Origin: Streptosporangiaceae bacterium | GTDB taxonomy: Bacteria; Actinomycetota; Actinomycetes; Streptosporangiales; Streptosporangiaceae | Assembly: GCA_036522155.1 (NCBI GenBank) | Contig: DATDGI010000158.1 | Coordinates: 3,005 to 67,004 of the forward strand | DNA length: 64,000 nucleotides | Reading direction: 5' to 3' | Shown here: positions 10,153 to 19,262 of the stretch, in pieces | Position numbering within the stretch: position 1 is the stretch's first letter | Layout: every line of letters begins with the position of its first letter | Notes under the pieces: model-generated | Database searches by the model: none | What the model was told of the DNA's origin: nothing | Seen by the model: the letters and a program-made list of their open reading frames with translations, nothing else | Translations under genes and position numbers: made by a program

Positions 10153-10839
10153 ATGGCATCGCCGCAGCGCGCCCCCGCCCGGCCGGGACGGGTCATGCGG
10201 GTCGTGATCGCCGAGGACGCGGCCCTGTTCCGGGAGGGCCTGGCCCGGCTGCTCGCCGACCGGGGCTATCAGGTGGCCGCCGCGGTGGCCGACGGCGAGG
10301 CGCTGCGGGCCGCGGTGGCCACGCACCGGCCCGACATCGCGGTGGCCGACATCAGGATGCCGCCGACCCACACCGACGAGGGGCTGCGGGCCGCCATCGA
10401 CATCCGGCGGGATCATCCCGGCACCGGGGTGCTGGTGCTGTCGCAGTACATCGAGACCAGATACGCCGCCCGGCTGCTGGCGGGCAACGCGGCCGGGGTC
10501 GGTTACCTGCTCAAGGACCGGGTGGCCGACGTGGCCGAGTTCACCGACGCGCTCACGCGGGTGGCGGCGGGCGGCACCGCGCTCGATCCCGAAGTAGTCA
10601 GCCAGCTGCTCCGGGCCAGCCGCTACGCCGATGGCCTGGCCGCGCTCACCGCCCGGGAGCGCGAGGTGCTCGCCCTGATCGCCGAGGGCCGGTCCAACGC
10701 GGGCATCGCGGCCGCCCTGGTCGTCTCGGCCGGGGTGGTGGAGAAGCACGTGGCCGGCATCTTCGGCAAGCTGGGCCTGCCGCCGGGGGAGGCCGACAAC
10801 CGGCGCGTGCTCGCCGTCCTGCGCTACCTCGGCGCCTGA
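10153..10839 (+). CDS. Response regulator, NarL/LuxR family
   Basis: Receiver domain (VVIAEDAALFREGL...DIRMPP) plus a LuxR HTH (LTAREREVLALIAEGRSNAGIAAAL). The start may be the MRVVIAED codon at 10195. Confidence 0.9.
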   Translation: MASPQRAPARPGRVMRVVIAEDAALFREGLARLLADRGYQVAAAVADGEALRAAVATHRPDIAVADIRMPPTHTDEGLRAAIDIRRDHPGTGVLVLSQYIETRYAARLLAGNAAGVGYLLKDRVADVAEFTDALTRVAAGGTALDPEVVSQLLRASRYADGLAALTAREREVLALIAEGRSNAGIAAALVVSAGVVEKHVAGIFGKLGLPPGEADNRRVLAVLRYLGA

Positions 10840-11147
10840 CCGGGCCGCACGTGCCCGCGGTTCCCGGAACCGGCCGTGCCGCTCCGTGACTCTTGCCGGT
10901 GAGATCGCCCGCCACCGGACGCGTTCCGTCACCGCACACGATTGCGCACGGCCCGGAAATCCGGACAAGCTTCCCGAACAATCGGTTACCGCATAGTTTA
11001 GATAATCCAGAATTATCCGGTATATGCCCGAGACCATATCCTTTCCGGGCAAAAACATTTGGCCAATCCGAAAAGGGCCTGCCGGGACATCTGACGTGCT
11101 ATATATCGGTATCGCGGCTATCCGGATTCCGGTAGGAGGGGGCCGTT

Positions 11148-13475
11148 GTGGCAGCGAAGGTGATCCGTCTGCGATCAGGTAACTTCGGGTTACCGGACGA
11201 TCCGGCGGAGAGCATCCCTTCGGCCGCCGATGACAGCGAAAGCGATGGCGGCGGCTGGCCGCATTCGGCCCGGCACGCGCGGGCCGAGGGGGAGACGAGC
11301 CCGGTTTCCTACCTCCCGATCCGGTCCGTCGAGTGGCGGCGCTGGGCACTGGAACTGATGGAACCGGCCACCGCCGGGCTGGTCCTGCACGGGATCGGCG
11401 GCATCGGCAAGTCCCGGCTGGCCGCGGAGATCGCCGCCCGGGTCGGCAGGCTCGAGCCCGACCGCCTGATCGCGGTCATCACCGGCGAGGTGTCGGTCGA
11501 CACCTTCCTGGCCGGGCTGGCCGCCGGGCTCCGCCGCCATCCGGCGCTGGCCGGCCATAACCGGGTCCAGGCGGAAGCGGTCAAGGCGGCCGACCGGTCC
11601 GACCTCCCCTGGTCCCAGCGGATGGCGCTGCTCCGCGAGCATGTGCTCAGCCAGGTGCCGGTGCTGGTGGTGCTGGACGGCTTCGACGAGAACCTGCTGT
11701 CCGAGTCCGGCCGGTGCATGGTCCGGGATCCGGCCCTGGCCTGCCTGCTCGCGGGCGGGGGCGCACCCCGGCAGATCAAATTGCTCATCACCTGCCGCCG
11801 GCCGTTCAGCCTGCCCGGCACCAGCGGTGCGCTCAGGTTCCGGCACCTGGGCCCGCTGTCCAGGTCGGGTGCCGCGGCGCTGGCCGCCGCGCTGCCCGCG
11901 CTCGGCCAGCTGGACGAGCAGGAACTGGACCGGGCGTGGCGGCTGGTGGGCGGCCATCCCCGCGCCCTGGAGTATCTGGACGCGCTGCTCGCCACCGGCC
12001 AGGACGGTTTCCCTGACGTGGCCCGGCGACTGGCTGGCGCGCTGCAGGAGCGGGCCGGCCAGCCGGCCCTGCGCAAGGGCCCGGAGGCGCCCACCGGACT
12101 GCCGCCCGCCACCGCCGAGACGATCGCCGGCATCGCCGGGGACCTGCTGCTCGGTGAGCTGTTCGGCCGCCTCAGCGCGGACGCGCAGGACCTGCTCATC
12201 GGCGCCTCGGTGTACCGGACGCCGGTCGGCTGCGACGTCCTGCTGCTGCCCGGTGACGACCGCCACACCCGGGCCCCGAAGCTGGCCGGCCTGGTCGCCG
12301 AATGTGGCGCGACCGGGCTGCTCGCCGCGGGCGGCAGCGACCCGCCGCCGGTCTTCGTGCCCCGGTGGACCGCCGGTGAACTGCACCGCCGCCTGGCCGG
12401 GGAGCACCGCGGCGACGAGATCACCGACGCGCACCGGCGGGCCGCCGAATACTGGCGGCAGCAGATCGTCGCCGCCCCGCAGAACCGGCGGGCCCCGCTG
12501 GAGGCCAGCTACCACCTGCTCCAGGCGGGCGACCTGGCCCGCCAGTACCAGTCGGCCCGGCGCGGGCTCGGCCTGAGATGGCGGCTGGGCCTGATCGGCC
12601 TGGCCGCCGCGGCCATGCTCGCGATCGCGTTCGTGGCGGTGCAGGGGCTGGGAGCGTTCTCCGCCCGGCCGTCCGCGGTGCCGCCAGGACCGCCCGGGCC
12701 GGGCGTCGCGGCCGCGACCGGCCGGGCGGCCGCCGTCCGCGGCCAGGCGGCGGCCTGGGTCGCCCAGCAGGTCAGCCGGGACGCGATGGTGGCCTGTGAC
12801 CCGGCCATGTGCGCCGCGCTGCAGGCCCAGGGGGTCGCGGCCAGCAGCCTGCTGAAGCTGGAGCCGTCCGCGCCCGATCCGCTCGGCTCCGACGTGGTGA
12901 TGGCCACGGCCGCGATCCGCAGCCAGTTCGGCGCCCGGCTGGCTAGCGTGTACGCGCCCGCGGTGCTGGCCCGGTTCGGCTCCGGCCAGCTGCGGATCGA
13001 TGTCCGGGCGGTGGCCGCGGACGGGGCGGCCGCCTACCGGACCATGCTCGCCGCGGACATCGCGGCCCGCCGCAACGCCGGCCGCCAGTTGCTGCGCAAC
13101 CCGCGGCTCGAAATCCCGGTGACCGCCCGCGGTGAACTCGCCGCCGGGCAGGTGGATATGCGGCTGCTGACCACGCTGGCGAACCTGACCGCCGCGGGGC
13201 GGGTGCGGGTCGTCGCGCTCGCGGGGGCCGGCCCGGGCGCCAGTGCCGGGGTACCGGTGCGGGCCGCCGAGGTGACCGGCTGGCCGCGGGCCAGTCCCGC
13301 CCGGCTGCGGCGGATGCTCGCCCGCGTGCGCACGCAGTGGCCGCCGTACCGGCCGGCCCGGGCGGCCATCACCCAGACCGCGGCGGGCGTGCCCGTGCTC
13401 GACATCCTGTTCCCCGCGCCCAGCCTGATGGACCTGCTCGGGACGCAGCCCGCCCCGTACCCGCCGCACACCTGA
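11148..13475 (+). CDS. NB-ARC/STAND-type P-loop NTPase with one transmembrane helix and a ~270 aa extracytoplasmic C-terminal domain
   Basis: Strong RBS GGAGGGGG upstream of the GTG. Motifs: Walker A GIGGIGKS (aa 82-89), Walker B VLVVLDGFDE, LLITCRRPF, GGHPRALEYL (GxP-like). TM LGLIGLAAAAMLAIAFVAV lies near aa 478-500. Confidence 0.75.
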   Translation: MAAKVIRLRSGNFGLPDDPAESIPSAADDSESDGGGWPHSARHARAEGETSPVSYLPIRSVEWRRWALELMEPATAGLVLHGIGGIGKSRLAAEIAARVGRLEPDRLIAVITGEVSVDTFLAGLAAGLRRHPALAGHNRVQAEAVKAADRSDLPWSQRMALLREHVLSQVPVLVVLDGFDENLLSESGRCMVRDPALACLLAGGGAPRQIKLLITCRRPFSLPGTSGALRFRHLGPLSRSGAAALAAALPALGQLDEQELDRAWRLVGGHPRALEYLDALLATGQDGFPDVARRLAGALQERAGQPALRKGPEAPTGLPPATAETIAGIAGDLLLGELFGRLSADAQDLLIGASVYRTPVGCDVLLLPGDDRHTRAPKLAGLVAECGATGLLAAGGSDPPPVFVPRWTAGELHRRLAGEHRGDEITDAHRRAAEYWRQQIVAAPQNRRAPLEASYHLLQAGDLARQYQSARRGLGLRWRLGLIGLAAAAMLAIAFVAVQGLGAFSARPSAVPPGPPGPGVAAATGRAAAVRGQAAAWVAQQVSRDAMVACDPAMCAALQAQGVAASSLLKLEPSAPDPLGSDVVMATAAIRSQFGARLASVYAPAVLARFGSGQLRIDVRAVAADGAAAYRTMLAADIAARRNAGRQLLRNPRLEIPVTARGELAAGQVDMRLLTTLANLTAAGRVRVVALAGAGPGASAGVPVRAAEVTGWPRASPARLRRMLARVRTQWPPYRPARAAITQTAAGVPVLDILFPAPSLMDLLGTQPAPYPPHT

Positions 13476-13526
13476 TCACTGCCAAACGACACAATCCCGC
13501 GGCCGGCCGGTCCTGGCCGGGCGCAC

Positions 13527-14399
13527 GTGAAGAGGGGAACGAGATCGATGAGATTGCCAGGCAAGGCCGTCCGGCTGCTGTTGGGGGCGGCCGTACTGAT
13601 ATCCGCGGGACTGGCCGGCGCCGTCCCGGCGGCCGCGTCCACCGGGTACGGATGGGTGCGGCTGGCGCACCTGTCGCCCAACACCCCAGCGGTGGACGTG
13701 TACCTGTACAACTTCGGTAACCCCAGCGCCCGGCTGGTGCTGCACCACGTCAGCTACGGCACGGTCTCCCCGTACGAGCAGGTCCCGCCGGGGGACTACA
13801 CGGTGTCGATGCGCGCGGCGGGCGCCTCGCCGAAGGCCCAGCCGGTGCTGTCGACCGGGTTCTGGGTCAGCGCCGGGGACGCCTACACCGTGGCCGGCAT
13901 GGGTCCCGCGTCGGGCCTGCGGCTGCAGGTCCTACCGGACACCCTGACCATTCCTAACGGCCGTGCCCTGGTCCGGGTCATCCAGGCGTCGCTGCGCGAG
14001 CACGTGGTCAGTGTCCGGCTCGGCGGGCTGATGCTCGCGCGGAAACTGCCGTTCGCCAGCCTGGCACCGTACCGGGCGGTCCGGGCCGGCACCCGGATGG
14101 TGCGGGTCGCCGGGGAAACCGAGCAGGCCACGACGGGGGTCTCGCTTACGGCGGACACCGTGCACACCCTGGTGGTGCTGGACGGTGCGAGCGGCCTGCA
14201 GATCACCGACCTGAGCGACGCCGCGGGCAGCCAGGTGCAGCCGGGGGGTGGCGCGGCGACCGGGCTCGGTGGTACCGCACCCCGGCCGGCCGGCTCGCTG
14301 CTGCCCTGGCTGGCCGTGATCGCCGCCGGCGCGCTGCTGGCTGGTGGCGGCGCCCGCCAGTACCGGCACCACCGGCAGTCTGGTCCGCGCCCATCGTGA
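13527..14399 (+). CDS. Secreted DUF4397-domain protein with C-terminal hydrophobic anchor and basic tail
   Basis: Signal peptide; WVRLAHLSPNTPAVDVYLYN and a second repeat typical of DUF4397. The C-terminus is LLPWLAVIAAGALLAGGGARQYRHHRQ. Confidence 0.75.
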   Translation: MKRGTRSMRLPGKAVRLLLGAAVLISAGLAGAVPAAASTGYGWVRLAHLSPNTPAVDVYLYNFGNPSARLVLHHVSYGTVSPYEQVPPGDYTVSMRAAGASPKAQPVLSTGFWVSAGDAYTVAGMGPASGLRLQVLPDTLTIPNGRALVRVIQASLREHVVSVRLGGLMLARKLPFASLAPYRAVRAGTRMVRVAGETEQATTGVSLTADTVHTLVVLDGASGLQITDLSDAAGSQVQPGGGAATGLGGTAPRPAGSLLPWLAVIAAGALLAGGGARQYRHHRQSGPRPS

Positions 14400-14402
14400 C
14401 GG

Positions 14403-15269
14403 GTGCCGGGGACGAGTGACAGGGCGGGCGTGCCTGCGCTGCCAGCGGCCACGCTCCCGGCCGGCGGGCGGCACCGCGCCGGGGGCCGCCACCGCAGCCA
14501 CCGGCGGGCGGCGATCATCGCGGCCTGGGTGCTCGCCGGTGGCCTGGCCGTGACCGCGGCCGGTGCGGCCGGCCTGGCGCTGTCCCGTGGTGGCGGGACG
14601 CCAGCCAGGCCGGCCGTGGCCCGGGTCCCCGCCCCGGCTGGCCCGGCCGCCGCGATCCCGTGGCCGTCGGCGGGCCGGCCGGTGGCCCGGCCGGTCGCGC
14701 TGACCATCCCGGCCATCGGCGTTCGCACCCCGCTGGTCCGGCTGGGCCTCACCCCGGCCGGCGCGTTGCAGGTACCGGCCAGTCCAGCCGTCGCCGGCTG
14801 GTATGACCGCAGTCCCCGGCCCGGCGCGACCGGTTCGGCGATCATCGCTGGCCACATCGACAGCCTGTCCGGGCCGGGTGTGTTCTTCCGGCTATCCAGC
14901 CTGCGCCCGGGCGACCGGGTGTACGTCCGCCGGGCGGACGGCACGCTGGCCGAGTTCCGCGTCACCACTGTCCGCAGTTATCTCAAGGCGAGCTTTCCCA
15001 CCGCCGCCGTCTACGGCCCGGCGCCCAGCCCCCAGCTCCGCCTGATCACCTGCGGCGGCGCCTTCGACCAGGCCCTGGGTTCGTACCTCAGCAACGTCGT
15101 CGTGTACGCGACCGCCATCAGCGGCAGCGCCGCCCGCCCCATCCGGCTGCGTGGGTCAGGCCGGCTCCGCACATCGCACCGGCGCCGCGGGTTGCGCGCA
15201 CTCCGCGGATCGTGGCGGCTCCGCGCCGCACGCCGGCTCCGGTTCTCACCCCGGCTCCGCCTGATATAG
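14403..15269 (+). CDS. Class F sortase
   Basis: N-terminal TM, IIAGHIDS (catalytic His region), LRLITCGG (catalytic Cys). The Arg-rich repetitive C-terminal tail after VVVYATAI may not be functional. Confidence 0.8.
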   Translation: MPGTSDRAGVPALPAATLPAGGRHRAGGRHRSHRRAAIIAAWVLAGGLAVTAAGAAGLALSRGGGTPARPAVARVPAPAGPAAAIPWPSAGRPVARPVALTIPAIGVRTPLVRLGLTPAGALQVPASPAVAGWYDRSPRPGATGSAIIAGHIDSLSGPGVFFRLSSLRPGDRVYVRRADGTLAEFRVTTVRSYLKASFPTAAVYGPAPSPQLRLITCGGAFDQALGSYLSNVVVYATAISGSAARPIRLRGSGRLRTSHRRRGLRALRGSWRLRAARRLRFSPRLRLI

Positions 15270-15402
15270 CCCGGCGCGCGGCTGCACATTCCCGGCAGAC
15301 CCGGCACCGGTGAGCCCTTTCCCGTGCTATGTGAACTCCTGGCGGGTACGCCAGCGGGCACAGCCGGCCGCCAGCGCGGCCGGGAACGAGAGAGGTGGAC
15401 GG

Positions 15403-15606
15403 GTGAAGAGCTTTTTCGGGCTGATCGCGGCCGGGCCGGCCTTCTTCGTCAGCGCCTGGGTGCTGATGATCTTCGCCGGGATCACCGGCAGCGACGTCGG
15501 CATCCGGCCGTTCGGCTACATCACGTCCATGGTCGTCACCATCGGGCTGTGGCTCACCCTGGCGCCCGCCATCGGCGCGATCGCCCGGGTCAGCAGGAAG
15601 AACTGA
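15403..15606 (+). CDS. Small two-TM membrane protein
   Basis: A GTG preceded by GAGAGAGGTGGA. Sequence VKSFFGLIAAGPAFFVSAWVLMIFAG...MVVTIGLWLTLAPAIGAIA. No recognisable family. Confidence 0.45.
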   Translation: MKSFFGLIAAGPAFFVSAWVLMIFAGITGSDVGIRPFGYITSMVVTIGLWLTLAPAIGAIARVSRKN

Positions 15607-15660
15607 CCGGGCCTCTCCCTCTGCCCGGTGCGGGCAGGTATGGCACGTTCTGCCGGTTGA

Positions 15661-16032
15661 CACCCCAACAACCGCACGCTCGCCCTGACCAGCCAGACCC
15701 GTGGGCTGATCGGCGCGGCCGAACTGGCCGCGATGGCACCCGGCGCGTGGCTGGTCAATGTGGCCCGCGGCGGCCTGGTCGACACCGGTGCGCTGGTGGA
15801 CGCGCTGCGGGCGGGCCGGATCGGCGGGGCGGCGCTGGACGTGACCGAGCCGGAGCCACTGCCGGCCGGGCATCCGCTGTGGGACCTGGGCAATTGCCTG
15901 ATCACCCCCCACACCGCCGACACCGAGGAGATGACCCGGCCGATGCTGGCCGACCGGATCACCGATAATGTCCGGCGGCTGATCGCGGGGGAGAAGCTGG
16001 CCGGGCTGGTGGATCCCGATCTCGGCTACTGA
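15661..16032 (+). pseudogene. Remnant (C-terminal ~120 aa) of a D-isomer-specific 2-hydroxyacid dehydrogenase
   Basis: [70 protein letters not shown]...ITPHTA. An in-frame TGA sits at 15658, and the whole N-terminal catalytic and NAD-binding part is missing. Confidence 0.75.
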
Positions 16033-16168
16033 CCGGCGGTGTGGGTCGGCTCACTGCGCGCGGCCGGGATCCCGGCGTAGCTTGCTGATGTGTTACCTAC
16101 CGGGCCGCGCCGGCTGGCCGCGCCTCGCCGCTGGCCGGCCACGCCCCGCCCGAACGGAGGATGAGCAG

Positions 16169-16585
16169 ATGGCAGACGGTGTCCGGCTCGCCTCGGCGAT
16201 TATGTTCGTCCAGGACCTGGACCGGTCGGTGCAGTTCTACACCGAACTGCTCGCCCTGGAGGTCACCGACCGCAGTTCCACTGCTGCCCTGCTGAGCAGC
16301 CCGGCCGGATCACATCTGATCTTGCGCGCCATGGGCGGGCACGGCGGGCACGCGCTGGGCAACGTGGGCATCCAGTATGTCGTCTGGACCGCGGCCTCCA
16401 GAGACGATCTCGGCCGGTGCGAGCGGGTGCTGAAGAAGCACGGGGCCCACCGGGATACCCGCACCACCGGGCACACGACCGCGGTCGAGGGCCTTGACCC
16501 TGACAACATCGTGGTCCTCATCGCCTACCCGGGCCCGGACGAGATCCCGATGCGCGAACTCCCGGTGCGTGTCTACGGGTGGTAA
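16169..16585 (+). CDS. VOC/glyoxalase-bleomycin-resistance family protein
   Basis: RBS GGAGGA precedes the ATG. IMFVQDLDRSVQFYTELLALEV is typical of the VOC fold. Confidence 0.75.
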   Translation: MADGVRLASAIMFVQDLDRSVQFYTELLALEVTDRSSTAALLSSPAGSHLILRAMGGHGGHALGNVGIQYVVWTAASRDDLGRCERVLKKHGAHRDTRTTGHTTAVEGLDPDNIVVLIAYPGPDEIPMRELPVRVYGW

Positions 16586-16603
16586 CCCGGCGTGCGGCCA
16601 GGG

Positions 16604-17425
16604 CTAAGGCTTGCGGGCGACGCCGCAGAATTCGTCGACCTCGACGGGCAGGCCCACCTGTGGGAGATCGTCGGGGCGCCAGCGGGAGCATGACACGACC
16701 CCCGGTTCCACCAGTTCCAGCCCGTCGAAGAAGCCCGCGATCTGCTCCGGGGTGCGCAGCGTCATCGACGGCGTGCCGACCTTGTTCCAGTGCGCGACCG
16801 CCTCTTCCATGGCCGCACCGGAGATGGCGCTGGTCGAATGGTTGATGGTGAGGAAGCTGCCCGGGGCCAGCGCCGCCACCAGCCGGCGGACGATCGAGCG
16901 CGCCTCGTCGGTGTCGGGGATGTGGTGCAGCACACCCAGCAGCATGAGCCCGACCGGCTGGGTGAAGTCGAGGGTCCGCTCCGCCTCGCGGAGGACATGC
17001 TCTGGGTCGCGCAGATCGCCGTCGATGTAGTCACAGGCGCCCTCCGGGCTGCTGGTGAGCAGCGCCCGGGCGTGTGCCAGGACCAGCGGGTCGTTGTCGG
17101 CGTAGACGATCCGCGCTTCCGGTGCCACCCGCTGGGCCACCTCGTGCGTGTTGTCCGCCGTTGGCAGCCCGGTGCCGATGTCGAGGAACTGCCGGATGCC
17201 CATCTCGCCGGCCAGGAAGCGGATGGCCCGGCCGAGGAAGGCCCGGTCCGCCCGGGCCTGGGTGACGATGATGGGCAGCATCGCGGCGACCTTGTCGCCG
17301 GCGATCCGGTCGGCCTCGTAGTTGTCCTTGCCGCCCAGCCAGTAATTCCAGATCCTGGCCGAATGCGACACCGTGGTGTCGAACGCCGGATCCAGATGTG
17401 CCTGGGCAGGCGTGTGGTCCGCCAC
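16604..17425 (-). CDS. SAM-dependent methyltransferase (actinobacterial DUF574/Methyltransf_19 type)
   Basis: SARIWNYWLGGKDNYEADR...FLDIGTGLPT...IVYADNDPLV is characteristic of this family. Confidence 0.85.
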   Translation of the reverse strand: MADHTPAQAHLDPAFDTTVSHSARIWNYWLGGKDNYEADRIAGDKVAAMLPIIVTQARADRAFLGRAIRFLAGEMGIRQFLDIGTGLPTADNTHEVAQRVAPEARIVYADNDPLVLAHARALLTSSPEGACDYIDGDLRDPEHVLREAERTLDFTQPVGLMLLGVLHHIPDTDEARSIVRRLVAALAPGSFLTINHSTSAISGAAMEEAVAHWNKVGTPSMTLRTPEQIAGFFDGLELVEPGVVSCSRWRPDDLPQVGLPVEVDEFCGVARKP

Positions 17426-17566
17426 AGGAGACCATCTCCCATCATCTGTGAATGGCTTGCCGCGCGACCCCGTAGCGCTGCTGGTGCCAATGAGACCATA
17501 CTGCCCGGATCTCGGCGAAATGACAGACCGAAGGGTGACCCTGGGCGCCGCCCGGCCACCGTGCGG

Positions 17567-18238
17567 TTAGGCCGGCTGCCAGATGACCGTGCGCTTGATG
17601 TCGGCATCCTCCAGCGCGCTCAGGCCGGGCACGTCGTAGGCGGCCAGTGGGACCAGGCGGTCCCGGGGCAGGTAGGCCCGGCCGAGGTCACCGATCAGCA
17701 CGGCGGCACCGCGGGCCCGGGCCCGGTCCAGGAACCGCATCACCCGGTCGGCCAGTTCGCGCTGGTAGAAGGCGTCACCGACCAGCACCACGCCGGGTCC
17801 GGCGGGCAGTGACGCGTCGTCCAGAACGTCGGCGCAGGTAGCGGTAACCGTCTCGCCGTTGGCCGCGGCGTTGGCGGCGATGGCCGCGGCGGCGAGTGGG
17901 TCGGTGTCGTAGGCGGTCACCGACGCTGCTCCGGCCCGGGCGGCGGCAATGGCTACCAGCCCGGAACCGGAGCCGATGTCGATCGCGTGCTGGCCGCTGA
18001 CGGCCGCCGGGTGGTCGAGCAGGTAGCGCGCCAGCGCCTGGCCACCGGCCCAGGCGAAGGCCCAGAAGGGCGGGGCGAGACCGGTCCGGCCGGCGGCCAG
18101 TTCGGTGTGCTCCCACAGGCTGATCGGCTCGCTGGCCTGGTGCAGCAGGATCTCCGGCACCAGCGGCACGCGCGCCAGCCGGGTGGCCGTCCGGATCAGC
18201 GGCGGCGCGGGGGATTCCGGCCGCGTGCGGCGGGCCAT
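17567..18238 (-). CDS. Class I SAM-dependent methyltransferase (PrmA/small-domain-like)
   Basis: AIDIGSGSGLVAIAAARAGAASVTAYDTDPLA motif I/II. Confidence 0.75.
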   Translation of the reverse strand: MARRTRPESPAPPLIRTATRLARVPLVPEILLHQASEPISLWEHTELAAGRTGLAPPFWAFAWAGGQALARYLLDHPAAVSGQHAIDIGSGSGLVAIAAARAGAASVTAYDTDPLAAAAIAANAAANGETVTATCADVLDDASLPAGPGVVLVGDAFYQRELADRVMRFLDRARARGAAVLIGDLGRAYLPRDRLVPLAAYDVPGLSALEDADIKRTVIWQPA

Positions 18239-18432
18239 GGGGTCCTCCCGGCGGCTTGACGGCCAGCGACGCCAATGAGCCTACTCAGGCGGGAGCCGGC
18301 CCTCCCCCCGGCCGATTCACGTCCCGCAATCACCCGCTTCGTTGCATACTGAGCCGACGGGGGAACGGCGGTGGCCTTTTGGCCGATTGGTCGCTCCCGG
18401 GCCATACCTGGATAAAGCACCTGGAGGCATAA

Positions 18433-19137
18433 ATGCTGATCGCCATTCTCAACCAGTCAACCCTGGTGTCCAATGCGGACGCCGCGACAATGACCCAGGC
18501 GGTCGCCACCCAGGTCCAGCTGGATGCCGCTCCGCTGTGGGACAGGACACCCGCGGCCGTGGTGTTCTACACCGACCCGGGTGCCGTCCCGGCCACCGCC
18601 CACGGGATCGCGATCGTGGACACCATCCAGAACCAGCCGCAGGGCGTGCTCGGCTTCCACACCGAGGACCAGGGCGGGAAGCTCTGGGGCGTGGTCGCGG
18701 CCAAGCCCGAGCTTGACAACGGCGGCCAGGTGACGACCGGCAACTGGAGCGTGTCGAGCGTGCTGTCGCACGAGGTGCTGGAGATGTTCGTCGACCCCAA
18801 CTGCAATTTGTGGGCCAACGACGGCAAGGGGTCGGCCTACAGCTTCGAGGTGTGTGACCCGGTCGAGGCGCCCAGCTACACGGTCAGCGGCGTGTCGGTG
18901 TCGAACTTCGTCACCCCGTCGTGGTTCGACCCGCTGGCCCCGGCCACCGCCCAGTTCGACAAGCTGGGCCTGCTCACCGCGCCGTTCAGCATCCTCAAGG
19001 GTGGCTATGTGGTGTATGAGTCCGCCGGCCAGCAGCAGCAGAAATTCGGCGACGAATTCCCCGAATGGCGCAAGGAGATGAAGTCCGGGCCGATGGCGCG
19101 CACGCGGCGCCGGCTGGCGCAGGCGGCCTCGTTCTGA
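18433..19137 (+). CDS. Hypothetical cytoplasmic protein with HEVLE...CDPVE motifs
   Basis: Good RBS (GGAGG) and coding-like composition. I recognise no family. Confidence 0.55.
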   Translation: MLIAILNQSTLVSNADAATMTQAVATQVQLDAAPLWDRTPAAVVFYTDPGAVPATAHGIAIVDTIQNQPQGVLGFHTEDQGGKLWGVVAAKPELDNGGQVTTGNWSVSSVLSHEVLEMFVDPNCNLWANDGKGSAYSFEVCDPVEAPSYTVSGVSVSNFVTPSWFDPLAPATAQFDKLGLLTAPFSILKGGYVVYESAGQQQQKFGDEFPEWRKEMKSGPMARTRRRLAQAASF

Positions 19138-19262
19138 ACCGCCCGCCTTTTTGATCATCCGGCCGGCTGTTCGGCCTTGCCGTCCGCCCGTTCTAGCGGA
19201 ATAGTGGATGCCGCCTGCCTCACGGCACCCGGCAACCGTGTGATCTTCGTGAGGAACTGCAG

